A DNA stretch of 64,000 nt from the human T2T-CHM13v2.0 reference genome, Homo sapiens (GCF_009914755.1 NC_060933.1); one strand, 5' to 3'; counted from the first letter of the stretch, positions 1 through 13,320 are shown. The notes: generated by a model from the sequence alone, not told the origin. Made by a program: numbers and translations.

Positions 1-92
1 AGCTTGCAGTGAGCCGAGATCAGGCCACTGCACTCCAGCCTGGGCAACAGAGTGAGACTCCGTCTCAAAAAAAAAAACACACAAAAAAGAAA
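1..92 (+). mobile_element. Alu 3' end (AluY/S-type right arm) with A-rich tail, cut by window edge
   Basis: AGCTTGCAGTGAGCCGAGAT...GAGACTCCGTCTC followed by poly(A). Confidence 0.95.
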
Positions 93-123
93 CACAATCA
101 CCTCCATGATGACAAAATAAATA

Positions 124-415
124 TTTTTTTATTTTGTTTTGTTTTGTTGAGACAAGGTATCGCTGTGTCACCAGGAAGAATACAGTGGCACCATCATGGC
201 TCACTACAGCCTCCAACTCCAGGGTTCAAGCAATCCTTCTGCCTCAGCCTCTAGAGTAGCTGGGACCACAAGCATGCACCAACATACCTGGTTAATTTTT
301 TATTTTTTGTAAAGATGGGGTTTCACTATGTTGCTGAGGCTGGTCTCAAACTCCTGGACTCAAGTAATCCTTCCACCTCTGCCTCCCAAACTGCTGGGAT
401 TACAGGCATGAGCCG
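124..415 (-). mobile_element. AluJ
   Basis: T-rich tail then reverse-complement Alu body ending GGGATTACAGGCATGAGCC; J-type CAATCCTTC/GTAATCCTTCC. Confidence 0.9.
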
Positions 416-441
416 TCCTGACAACCAACAAATGATTATTA

Positions 442-597
442 AGCCTAGCATAGTGGCACATGCCTGTTGTCTCAGCTACTCAGGAAGCTGAGATGGAAGG
501 ATTACTTGGGCCCAGGAGTCTGAGTCCACCCTGAGCAACAAAGCAAGACCCTGTCTCTAATAAAAATAAATACACATTAAATAAAGGAAAACAAAAT
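442..597 (+). mobile_element. FLAM Alu monomer
   Basis: Single monomer plus A-rich tail, flanked by TSD AAATGATTATT (430-440 and 598-608). Confidence 0.85.
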
Positions 598-608
598 AAA
601 TGATTATT

Positions 609-1860
609 TCAAGCTCCTCATCTTACTGATCTCACAGCAGTTGACATATTTGATCACTCCTTTTTGAAAGAATGTCTTCATTTTTCTTCCAAGACAAGAC
701 TTTCCCTTCATTCCCCAATGCCTGCATGTTTGCAGACTCCACTGCTGGTTTCTCTTCATTTTTTCTGACCTCCAAAGGCAAGAGTGTACTTGGGCTCAAT
801 TCTCTTCCAAAATTTCTCCCCTGGGGAATCTATTCGGTTTCACAGTTTTGAATGCCATCTATGTGCTGAGATTTCTAAATGTATGTGTCTAGCCCCAATC
901 TGTCCCCTGTACTCCAGCCTCCCATGTCCACCTGCCCCTGCAGCATCTCTATTTGATGTCTGACAAGCATCTCAATCCTAACATATCCAAAACGGAAATT
1001 TTGCTCATTTTGAAATCCTTGCCAGTGTAGTAAATGGTGCCTCCACTCATCAATTTTTCAGTTCAAAACCTTGAAGTCATTCTTAACTATTCTCTTTCCA
1101 TTACACAACATCCGTATCATATGAGTTACATGTTAGAAATATATCCAGAATGCTACAGATTCTCACCATCAACACCAATGCTATCACTCTAATTCAAGCA
1201 CCATCGCTTCTCCCTGAAACTACTGCAATAGCCTTGTCTTGTTTCCTTCCTCCCATCCCTACCTTCCTACCGTCCGTGTTCAACACAGCAGAGTAATCTT
1301 CTAAGACACAAGTCAGATTTTACCAGCCCCTATTCAACCCCGTAATGAATTTCCATCCTCTTCAGGGTTTAGTCCAAATGTTTACTGTGGAATACCAAAC
1401 CCTGTGCAATCTGTCATCCTTCTGCCTGACCTCATCTAGTACAACTCCCCTCCTTTCTCACTGTGAAGCCTCATTTGCCTGCTTGTTAGTTCTTACAAAT
1501 CTCAAAATCCAAGCATGTTCCTACCTCAGAATCTTTGCATTTCTCATTTCCTCTTTCTGAAATATTCTCCTAAATATGTGTAAGTCTTGATACCCTAGTT
1601 CTTTGTGTTCTCCAATCAACTGGCCGCTTGTCTGAGAGGACTTCTCCCAGAGTCTCCTGGCACTGTTTATCTTCCTTAGTCTGGCTTATTTTTCTTCCTA
1701 ACCCTTATCAGCACCTAACATTTTGGGGTGCACTCTCTGCCTCCCCACACTAGAATGAAAGGTCTGTGAGAGAAATAACTTTATTTTGTTCACCGCCATA
1801 TCCCTCAGAACCCAGAAGAGTATCTGTCACATAGTAGATACCAAGTAAATCTTTTTTGCC
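609..1860 (+). mobile_element. L2 LINE 3' portion (continues upstream between the Alus)
   Basis: CTCATCTTACTGATCTCACAGCAG, CATCTCAATCCTAACATATCCAAAAC, CCCCACACTAGAATG and L2-type terminus CACATAGTAGATACCAAGTAAAT. Confidence 0.85.
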
Positions 1861-1894
1861 TAAAACAATTATTACACATATTAAAACAATTATT

Positions 1895-2005
1895 ACACAT
1901 TTGCTGAGTGCCTTTTAGGTGCCAGGCAATAACTGTGCTAGGTCCTGGTGTTAGGAAGATGAGGAAGGTATGAAACCTGTCCTCTGAGAGCTCATCTGTT
2001 TAGTA
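1895..2005 (-). mobile_element. L2 3' end, inverted relative to the preceding L2
   Basis: CATTTGCTGAGTGCCTTTTAGGTGCCAGGCA...GTGCTAGG matches the reverse complement of the L2 tail. Confidence 0.7.
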
Positions 2006-2019
2006 TGTTTCTCTGATTG

Positions 2020-2300
2020 GAAGAATAATGGTCTCCACTCTCACCCCAAATATGTCCGTTTCCTAATCTCTTGAACCTGTTAAATGGCAAAAGGGACATT
2101 GCAGATGTGATTGAGTTAAGGATCTTGAGATGGAAAGATGACCCTGGATTATCTGGGTGGGCCTTATGAGAGAGAAGTAGGAGAGTCAGAGTAAAAAAGT
2201 GAGAGAGAATGGAAGAGAAGTGAAGAAGTGCAAAATGATATATTGCTGGCTATGAGGGTAGAAGAAGAGGCCAGAGCCAAGGAATGCAAGCAGGGAAGTT
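2020..2300 (+). mobile_element. MLT1 (MLT1D-like) MaLR LTR, 5' part
   Basis: ATGGCAAAAGGGACATTGCAGATGTGATTGAGTTAAGGATCTTGAGATGG...CTGGATTATCTGGGTGGGCC. Confidence 0.85.
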
Positions 2301-3349
2301 TCTATTTCTCAGCATGAACTTCTATATCAATCTTATGCTATTTCTATGTAATCACTGTTATCGTTGTTCAAATATTTAGCAGAGAATTCCTATTAAACAC
2401 TAAAACTCAAATATTCTCACCTATCATTGAGGATTATTTTTATGTAACCCAAGGCCTGGTTGGGTCAAATCAGAGCTCTGGGACTGTTTCACATCTACCT
2501 GTATTTGTTTGCTAGTTACATTCCAAATATCGTCCAAGTTTGCATTCTTTCAAGTCATTAACACTGTCTGCAGGGTCTGTTTTCCAATATGGGAGGAAAA
2601 ACTGTCAGAGGCTGCATTATTTCATTCTTTATTAATGAAGGATCCTGTACCAATAGGGAAATGTATGCTTTCTTGAAGTTTTAGATTATTCTCAGAGTAA
2701 TTTACTACAATTATTTTGACATCAGCCAAATCCACCTATAAATCAAATATACTTCTAGCTAGCAACTCCGCATTTTTTCACTCTCATGCAAAGGAAGATT
2801 CCTTACTCTTTTATTGCTGATGCATTCCAGCTTCTTGTCACTTGGCCTTCTGCTAAAAGCAAATTTTTTGTGATTTTTATGCAAAAGTATTAGTGAAGAC
2901 TCCCTCAATCAATCCCTGAAAATTTTGTTCATTACAAAATAATGGACTGAGATGATTATATATGTATATTCTGCTAAACCCTCAAAATTCTAGTTTTTTT
3001 TTTAAATTCAAAGATTACATGCTGTTAGGTGTGGAAGGGCTGCTAGAGGACATGTGGAATAGTACAAATAAGGAAAATGAGGCATTCTTGGGCAACTTGT
3101 ACCTTTGATAGACAATATGGCCACATTGTGCGTCTAAATTAAGCTTCAGTAAATTAAGCTTCAGAAAATCATCAGATCCACACTTGCATTATGGAATGAG
3201 TGGCTCAAGATGTTTTCATGCAAAACAAAAATAATTTATTTTAGTTTAAATACAAGTGATGCAATATAAAAGGGAAAATAACAACATTTAAGAAGTAAAA
3301 TGGCATAATCATTAACTTGCAATTAAGGAATAATATAAACCATCAAGGC

Positions 3350-3575
3350 TTAGGGTTCAGGGTATCTCTGTTTTACCTCCTCATGACTGTGTTTGAATTA
3401 AGTAACTTTGGAATAAGTAACTTTGCTTCTTTGTGCCTCAGTTTTCTCATTTGTAAAATGGACACAATGAAATCTGCCTCATAAAATTGATGGAGAATTA
3501 ATTAATATTTAGAAAGTGCTTGAAATATAACCTAGCACACAGAAACACTTAATACATTATGTTATTATCATTATA
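3350..3575 (+). mobile_element. MIR SINE
   Basis: Core TGTGCCTCAGTTTTCTCATTTGTAAAATGG and tail AAAGTGCTTGAA...CCTAGCACACAG. Confidence 0.85.
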
Positions 3576-3664
3576 ATAAATAATCAAGTAATCTGTTTTA
3601 TAGCTAAGAAGGAAGAAATTAAGACTAGCTCATCATAGTGCATATAATTTAAGTATATATACTA

Positions 3665-3845
3665 TTGTGTGACCAATCCAATAACTTCTCAATCTCTCTG
3701 GAAAATATCTTCCATAAAGTCTGCAGAAATAAAATAGTTACATTCATAGCCCCCTAGTTGCTAGCCATGGCCATAGGACAAAGTTTTGCCCAATAAACTA
3801 TAAGCAGAAATCTGAGAGAGGTTTCTGGAAAACCTTTGCTGACTT
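3665..3845 (+). mobile_element. Old ERVL/MaLR LTR fragment (LTR33 or MLT1H-J type)
   Basis: TACATTCATAGCC...GCTAGCCATGGCCATAGGACAAAGTTTTGCCCAATAAACTATAAGCAGAAATCTG resembles the shared LTR33/MLT1 core. Confidence 0.55.
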
Positions 3846-5366
3846 TGAGCTGTCTATATAAACCATTCTTAAACTAACAATATTTTGAGATTTTCACATC
3901 CGTATTTCCTATGGCAGTTGTAAACTCTTGCAGGAAAAGAATGTTTAAAGTGCAACTTGCATTTTAGTACTGTTAACACACAGTGCTAGCAGTGAATTAA
4001 ACAAACGAAATACAGTTGTTTTTATTCCATCCTCAGTGTTACCTTAATACAGCTAATTGATATGGAGATGTTTTTTAAAAAGCAAAACAAGTTTTCACCT
4101 TTACAGTACATGCTTTAGAATAATAGGTCTTCAGAATGATCACACGATGCTAAATTCAGCTTGTTTTCTTTAATTTACTTTCTGGAAACCTACGAAGGTG
4201 CATAGAGAATTCTTTAGACATGGAGACTTTGTAAAGCATTGTTAATTTGCCCTCTCAAATTTCACTTGGAGCTATGTTTTAAAAAGAGGAAATAAATATT
4301 TATGTAATGTGTCACTTTCTTCTTTTAGATCACTTACAAATATAACAGCAGTTAAATGATAATGTCTTATTTGATAGATTTATTATAAATACAAAAACAA
4401 AGCCAATATTATTAGGAATAGAGTTTAAAATGGAGCTGTACCTGACCTACTTTTTCCTACTAGGTTTGTCAAATCAATCAGCGAGAAAATAATAGGTGAC
4501 AAAATGATGGCTGGATATAGTATTTATGGTATACATATCATTTATCATAGAGATTATTTTGATTGAATAGATGTTCAAAATAATTTATCAAAAATCTGTC
4601 ATGATTCTATCTTATTCCAAATTTGTACTACTGATAGAACTTTAAAATACTAAAATCCTTGCAGATTTCATTGGCACGGTTCTAGGCAAAAATATCTGCC
4701 AGCATTCAGAGTGAAAGTCCTCATCAAATTGAGGGCTAAGTCTCCCACTTGAGTTCATGACAGGCACAATGTGAATACTCCCAAATCTCAAGACCAGCAG
4801 ATCTATGAAAATGGCTGAAATCTCATGTAGTGTGTTCCAAGATGGCTGACTAATTAGAAAAAGTGAAAACCTTGAGCCTTTCAGAGAATTTGCAAAGTTA
4901 GACAAGTTGGGTCCATTAAACACTATTTTGAAAAAATGAAAATATTACAGTAAAAATGTTATTCTTTTTCTATTTGAGTTTTCTATTTTGTTGAGGAACA
5001 TATATGAACTCACAGGTCTTGAAAGTCTTAAGAATTCAAGTTTGAGGTTTTGCTCTGGAACGGGGACCAGAAAAACGAACGACATGCAGTTTTCACCACA
5101 AGTTTTTTATAATTTTTATCATCACATCTGATATGTGATCCACTGTTATCTTAGGAGTGCTATGAAGAAATCCAAATTGCCAATTGCTGGTGTTGCCATT
5201 ATTTGGTAGCTTGGAATGATTTGGTTTCATTTAAAGTTGAACAATTCAATTTTATATTAACACTGTGATCCATTCTTTCTTTTAGTGATGCAAATATTTC
5301 CACATTCTTCCATTCCAGCTTTGTGTTTCTAATTAAGAAAGTCTACTCTACTTCATATTTCACATA

Positions 5367-6638
5367 TTAGGTTCGTGCAAAAGTAGTTGTGTTTTTGAGA
5401 TGTGAATTTGAAATCATTATCATAACTAGGCTCAAACACATATTTATTAATCAAAATAGGAACCATTACAATCAACAGATTTTTGCCAATGAGAAATAAG
5501 TTTGTTTACTTCTGGAGCATAAAAATCCATGCTTTGAGATTCGACGAACTCTTGGAAAGCATTTTCTGCATCCTGCTGGTTGTGGAAGCATTTTCCCTGC
5601 AAAAAGTTGTCGAGATGTTTGAGAAGTGGTAGTCGGTTGGTGAGAGGTCTGGTATGTATGGTGGATGAGGCAAAATTCATAGCTCAATTCGTTCCACTTT
5701 TGAAGTGTTGGTTGTGTGACTTGTGAGCGGGTGTTGTCATTAAGAAGAATCAGGGCCCTTTTTGTTGAACCATACCAGCTGCAGGTGTTGCAGTTGTTGG
5801 TGAATCTCATTGATTTGCTGAGCATACATCTCAGATGGAATGGTTTCACCAGGATTCAGAAAGCTGTAGTGGATCAGACTGGCAGCAGACCACCAAACGG
5901 TTACCATGACCTTTTTTGGGTGCAAATTTGGCTTTGGGAAGTGCTTTGGAGCTTCTTTTCAGTCCAACCACTGAGATGGTCGTTGCTGGTTGTTGTATAA
6001 AATCTATTAAAATCATTGCATGTCACAATCAGATCAAGAAATAATTCGTCCTTGTTGCACAGAATAAGAGAAGGCATTTCAAAACAATGATTTTTTGGAT
6101 TTTCACTCAGCTCATGAAGCACCCACTTATCGAGTTTTTTCACCTTTCCAATTCACTTCAAATGCCACGTGACCATAGAATGGTCGACGTTGAGTTCTTT
6201 GGCAACTTCTCATGTAGTTGTAAGAGGATCAGCTTCGATGAATGCTTTCAATGGGTCATTGTCAATTTCCGACGGCCGGTCACTGTGCTCCTCATCTTCA
6301 AGGCCTTCGTCTCCTTTGTGAAACTTCTTGAACCACACTGTATGTTCGTTAGCAGTTTCTGGGCCAAATGCGTTGTTGATGTTGCAAGTTGTCTCTGCTG
6401 CTTTATGACCCATTTTGAACTCAAATAAGAAAATCGCTCTAATTTGCTTTTTGTCTAACATAATTTCCATAGTTTAAAATAAACAGCAAGTAATAAGTAA
6501 TTAGCAAAACAAACATAAACTGAGAAATGCCCATTAAAATTATGTATAACATAATCACATTTATTTAAGAATGTATTCCAATATCAAACAGCAAATTCCA
6601 ACAATGTAAAAACAGCAATTACTTTTGCACTCACCTAA
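5367..6638 (-). mobile_element. Full-length Hsmar1 mariner DNA transposon (inactive)
   Basis: 30-bp TIRs at 5367-5396 (TTAGGTTCGTGCAAAAGTAGTTGTGTTTTT) and 6609-6638, TA target duplication at 5365-66 and 6639-40, length 1272 bp, transposase inside. Confidence 0.97.
5447..6470 (-). pseudogene. Hsmar1 transposase, disrupted by stops and frameshifts
   Basis: MEIMLDKKQIRAIFLFEFKMG..., KLDKWVLHEL, KKVMVTVWWSAA, PPYIPDLSPTDYHF, ...VDCNGSYFD* spread over several frames; early TGA at 6210-6212. Confidence 0.95.
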
Positions 6639-7289
6639 TAGATTCATTTGGAAGCAAGGACTACAAAATATTTTTAATGTAAAATGTTTATTTAGTGACA
6701 CTTATTCTGTAGTTCTATACTCTAACGTAATCCCTTTAAGGACTTTCTATTGCAGAATCATCTTCTTACCTTAGAGGTCAAGCCTAAAACTTTATCTGCC
6801 CAGTATCAGCTTTTTGCAATGTAAGATCACTCTTCCTTCTCAGTGAGAGGGGCAAAAAGACTAGAAATGTCATAAAGATTTAAGAAATGAACCAGATAAC
6901 CAAATCTTTACTAAAGATTCTATTAGTAACAAACATTAATAATAAAGGCAATGGTACAAAAAGTTATGCAAAACCACAAATCATGCTCAACAGCCAGTAA
7001 GATCTTTCAGAGGCCAGAAAGATCATCAGAAAAAGGTCACATTGGTGAGGACATGAGAATACAAAGATAAAAGTGTGTAACCTTGATAAAGGAACGCAGG
7101 GAAAGAAGTCTAAGTTCAAATGGAGAAAAAGAGTAAACTCTTATCTACTAACGTCAGGCAGTTCTAAAGACCAGCAGAGGTATGGCTCATGAGCAGGTCA
7201 AGCTAGATTAATGAGCCAGGGAAAGGCAAATACCCACTGTTGCCACCATGAACGTTAATCTCCCTATTTTCTGAGTATGCTCTGAGAAT

Positions 7290-7620
7290 ACTATATTAAT
7301 ATCATCACTTTTTCTTCTCCATGCTCAAGAATGTCTTTCTCTCAGTTCTCTATCATCCAAATCCATTTATCTTTGAAGATGTATCTTCTCCAGATAGCAG
7401 TCAGCTTTTCTCTAAACCTATAATATTCATTGATTGTACTATATGCTTTGGTACTTAAGAATTTACTCTTATATGATCTGAGGATGTGTGTGTGAGTTTA
7501 CTCTCAAATTGCTTATAAATAAGTTTTAGTTTCTCATTGTCTGTAATATGATATATCTCATAATATTCACTGTCAGTATATGCCCAACAGATATTTCTAG
7601 AATTAAATTAATTGAATTTA
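7290..7620 (+). mobile_element. Degraded L2 3' fragment
   Basis: Pyrimidine-rich L2-like body and tail-like CCCAACAGATATTTCTAGAATTAAATTAATTGAAT. Confidence 0.4.
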
Positions 7621-7779
7621 TTAAGACCTACCAACAAATAAAAGTAACTTCCCTGCCATCAAAAACAATAGAAAAAAGTATTCATACCATATGATTATTG
7701 TTATTTATTTATTACTATTTTTAAATTGTATTATAATATATATTACCATTATTTAAAATGTTTAAGTTAGCATAAAAAC

Positions 7780-9110
<1,331 letters not shown>

Positions 9111-9151
9111 CAAAGTGCTGGGATTACAGGGATGAGCCACTGTGCCTGGCT
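9111..9151 (-). mobile_element. Alu remnant (only the 5'-most ~40 nt)
   Basis: CAAAGTGCTGGGATTACAGGGATGAGCCACTGTGCCTGGCT. Confidence 0.9.
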
Positions 9152-9152
9152 A

Positions 9153-9327
9153 ACAAAGTCTGTTTTACAATCAAGTATTGAATATCTCATGTAACTTATT
9201 AAATACTGTACTGAAAGTGAAAGACAGAATGGGTACTAGATATATGCTTTCAACTGAATGTGCATCACTTTCACATCATCACAAACTCAAAACTAATGTC
9301 AAACTATTGTAAGTTGGGTATTGTCTG
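9153..9327 (+). mobile_element. MER47A (Tigger-type MITE), 3' half only
   Basis: TTGAATATCTCATGTAACTTATTAAATACTGTACTGAAAGTGAAAGACAGAATGG ... right TIR GTAAGTTGGGTATTGTCTG then TA. Confidence 0.8.
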
Positions 9328-11373
9328 TACGTTATTTAATTTTATTTTTATGGATTGGATTTGATGGATTAAGTTTTAGATTGTTTATTATTGGAAATAT
9401 CAGATTTCCCTTATTATAATTGTGAAGTTCATATGCTCTATTGAGAATTTCTTTAGACTCATAGTCTACTGTACTGGGTTTAAATCTGAAGATTCCAATT
9501 ATGAGCTATATGATTATCTGCCAACATGTTTTCTCATGCATCGAGCTGAAAATTTATCTTTCAAGGCTGGGTGAGCGGTACATCAGACAACATTACTATA
9601 AAACGTTCCACAAATATTAGGGAACATATCTCCTGCCTCACTTATGAAATGGTTCTGCAGTCCTCCCCAGAAGGCAGCTTTACAGGGAAGCGCTTATCAA
9701 TTACGTGTTATTGTTTCATGATGGTGATTTTTTTCATGATTCATCCGAAAGATTTGCAAATGAAATATTCCATAAAGCAAGACAACCTTGAAAATGCCAT
9801 AGTTTCAGAAAAGCTGGATAAGATAATCAGCTGTTATTGAAACTAAGCTTGATGTGATTTGGTATCATGCTCTGAGCTTGTCACTAAGAATATCTGATCT
9901 CTACCCATAAACAAACTGTTTAAAAACTAGTTAAAAGCTATCAGCACTAAGAATGATTGAATTTATTTAACTTAGTGCTGAATATACTGTAGATACTAAA
10001 CAAGTACGTACTATACGACCAATACCGGAAAAATATTCCATTAACTAGTCATTTTCTAGAAAACCTTTCAATGTTGTTTGACTAGTTTTAAATCAAATTC
10101 ATAATTTGATTTTGTATAACTTGATTTTGGAATAATGCTTTTTGTTTCTCAGACTTGCCCAATTACTTTTTGATTTGCGCATTATCCATGTGTGGCTCTG
10201 CTTGTTTTTATAAATAAACTCTGAGTAAAATGGCTCTCACTGAAATTGCACTCATTTGAGAATGCGTATGTCCATGTGTTTATGGATACTGGCTTTCTTC
10301 TCTTAGCTTGACTTACCAAATTAACTGCCACTTGTTATTTATGTTAGAATTTAATCTGAATTAAATTCTCACAAAAGAAATAAAAACCTCATTTTAACAT
10401 GAAGAGTTTGGTAGAATCCCTTGAATAAGGAAGAGAAAAATATGTTTATATACTGATAAATGAGGCTGTAGGTGGTTTTATGAAATGGTGTGGTTTTATG
10501 AATTAAAATGTTACCCTATTTTAAGATTTCTGACAAAACATGGGATCTATAATTATTCACTCAACAAACATATTTATGATGAGCTCTAACAGAGGTGGGT
10601 GCTTTGTTGGAGTTAAAGTTTTAAAAAGAAAAATGGCAGAATCTGATTTAAAAATTTTCATAGTTGCACAAACAAGCAAAGTAAGTGCAATAGTGACTGT
10701 GGCAGAAATCACAATAATTTTTTTTAAAACCAGATATTGACCTTTCCCCAATCTTCTAAGAAGTATCATTTGTAAGCAAAGTCTGATTAAGCGGTTACTG
10801 TTTTTCTAAGAAGGGTCATGACAGTCTGTTCATAATCAGTAAACCCAAAGAGGCATTGACAAGCTTTAAGGTTGAGATATAAGTACCTTATCTTACCTCT
10901 GAAATATGTAAGAATTGGCAAGAAGGTTGGAGGACTTAGGGCAATGATGGAAGGGAAGAGTTAGAAAAGAAAAACCAAATTACAATGCAATAGAGAAATG
11001 TGGAGAAAGATTGAGAGATGAAGAAGCTGTTATGAACACTGCATCATTAGTTGGTAAAGCAAAGAGAAAATTTAAGTCAGACTACTCGGAAATATGGTAG
11101 GGTTATATATATACGGTACAGTACCTCCACTGGGATATTAAGAATCTTTCAGTAAAGATGAAGGTTGCTCTTCAATGCTTCTTTAGAATGATTTGTGTGT
11201 TTTTCCAGATGCATCCGCATTTGAGATTGAACTTAAGTTTAGCTGAGTGGATCAAGATGGCCCACATTTGTTTGGAAGTTATGTTTGAAGTGTTACGAGA
11301 AAAGAGAGGAAAGAGTTGCTTATTCAGTAAATGGATAAGTGGAATGAAGAAAAGACTTCAAATGCAGTCTTTC

Positions 11374-11652
11374 GGCTGGGTGTGGTGGCTCACACCCATA
11401 ATCCTAGCACTTAGGGAGGTCAAGTCAGGCAGATCACTTGAGGCCAGGAATTTGAGATCAGCCTGGCCAACATGATGAAAATTCGCCTCTACTAAAAATA
11501 CAAAAATTAGCCAGGTGTGGTGGTACATGCCTGTAGTCCCAGCTACTTAGGAGGCTGAGGCATGAGAATCGCTTGAACCAAGGAGGTGGATGTTACAGTG
11601 AGCCAAGATTGTGCTACTGCACTTCAGGCTGGGCTACAGAGCAAGACCCTGT
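11374..11652 (+). mobile_element. Alu (old S/Jb) whose poly(A) tail is replaced by (TG)n
   Basis: Full dimer; TSD core AGTCTTTC on both sides. Confidence 0.92.
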
Positions 11653-11672
11653 GTGTGTGTGTGTGTGTGTGT
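11650..11672. repeat. (TG)~11 microsatellite
   Basis: Direct reading. Confidence 0.95.
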
Positions 11673-11719
11673 ATACAGAGAGTCTTTCAACAAAACTTAA
11701 AGATATCAAAAAAAAGGGA

Positions 11720-12440
11720 TGAATATGTGTAAAGGCAAGAGTTTCCTGTTTAAAGCTACTAAATAAAATTGGGGATATCAGACATTATGAGTCTAACGAT
11801 GAGATGCAATAGGAAATGAACGATATCACCTAAATTTTGGTACCTACAGAAGCAGGAACCATTGTATTCTCATCAAACATCTGAGCTAACTACTGTGGTT
11901 TTATAAATATATGAGGGATAAAAGGGCAAGTGAGGATACAAGAAAATGCGAACACTCAAAATCAAGATAAATACATTCCACAGGACAAATGTGCAGGTTC
12001 TCCAAATAAGGGAAGAAGAGAGAACTGTCAAATGAAAAAAAAAGTTAAGACACCATAGCTAAATACAATATGTAGACCTTGTTGGAGCTAAATTGAAGCA
12101 AATCAACAGGAAAATAGCTTTCTTTGAGAAAAGTTAAAAATCTGAATATACAAATACACTCTGGGTATCAGATATTATTAAAGTATTAATGTTAATTCAG
12201 TTAGGTGTAAACATAGAGAGAATTTTGAAATTTTTTATCAGAAATACATACTAATGCATGAAATAACATGACTACAATTTACTTTAAAATACCATAGTTA
12301 AAAATGTAGGAGGTGGAAAATAAAAATAAAATTAGTCAATGTTGATCTTTTTTGAAACTGGGTAATGAATAGGTTTATGGGTGCTTACTGTACAATTTTC
12401 CCTTTTGTATCGTTCTTAAATTTTTGATAATAAAAAGTGA
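11720..12440 (+). mobile_element. L1MC/L1ME-type 3' end
   Basis: GATGAGATGCAATAGGAA, AAATACAATATGTAGACCTTG, GAAACTGGGTAATGAATAGGTTTATGGGTG...TTTTGATAATAAAAAG. Confidence 0.65.
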
Positions 12441-12494
12441 AAACTAAAGAAAATGGAGAAAAAGTTTCCCTGCTCCTTTTTACTTCTCTGGAAT

Positions 12495-13320
12495 CACAGT
12501 TCCAGAACTTCCATTTGGTTCTTCTTCATGTGTTCCATTTCTCTGCTAATATTTTCTATCTTTTCATTTACAGTGAACTTATTATCTTTTACATTTTTGA
12601 ACACCAAATGAGTAGCTGCTTTAAAATTCTTCGACAATTCCAACATCTGGGTTATCTCAGAGTTGGTTTCCGTTATTTGGGTTTTTTTCTAGAAAATAGT
12701 TTACATTTTCTAATTCTTTATATGCCAAGTAATTTTGAATTTAATGCTGGATTTTGTCAATGTTATGTTGTAAAGATTCTAGATTCTGTTATATTCCTCT
12801 GAAGAATGCTGATTTCTTAGTTTTACCAGACAATTAATATAGTTGGAGTCCAAAAGTAAATTTTGCCTTTGGGCTGCTCAAATGTCATTTTATTTAGTCT
12901 TTTATTCTTAGCTGGATTTTGTCCTGTGTCTGGTACAGACAAAGTCATGGGCAAAATTTTAGGCAGTATTTGGAAGTCCTCCTCTCTGATTCTCCCTCCT
13001 TCTTAGAATCCCACCTCATTTTCAGTAACTACGGTTGCCTTAAACTCTGTTCTCTGGCTCTTCAGTCCTGAAAGTCTGCAGGTAGAGTTACAGCTAACTC
13101 AAGGAATCAACTTCAGTGGGCTTTTAGACTAAATGTTATAAAAACAGCAAAATCACCATATGCCATTTCCTTCTCCCTATTGTCAACTTACCTCTAAAAT
13201 CTACCTGTTTTTATTTACTCTCCAGTTCTTCACATCATTTTAAATGTTTTTGTCCAAGATCTACTGTTGTGATTCTTGGGAAGGTTGGGTTTGGTCAGAA
13301 CATTACTTGGCATACTACAC
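12495..13320 (-). mobile_element. Old L1M(E) 5' UTR/ORF1 start
   Basis: TAGCTGCTTTAAAATTCTT...AATTCCAACATCTGGGTTATCTC, TTCTAGATTCTGTTATATTCCTCTGAAGAATG; homologous to 16890-17700. Confidence 0.7.

Noticed and set aside
4642-4923. 93-aa ORF / possible exon in unique DNA
   Set aside because: No homology I recognise, GTG start, no consistent splice partners.
5447-6470. SETMAR gene
   Set aside because: Both TIRs and TA duplication are present, the reading frame is broken and there are no SET-domain exons; this is an ordinary Hsmar1 copy.
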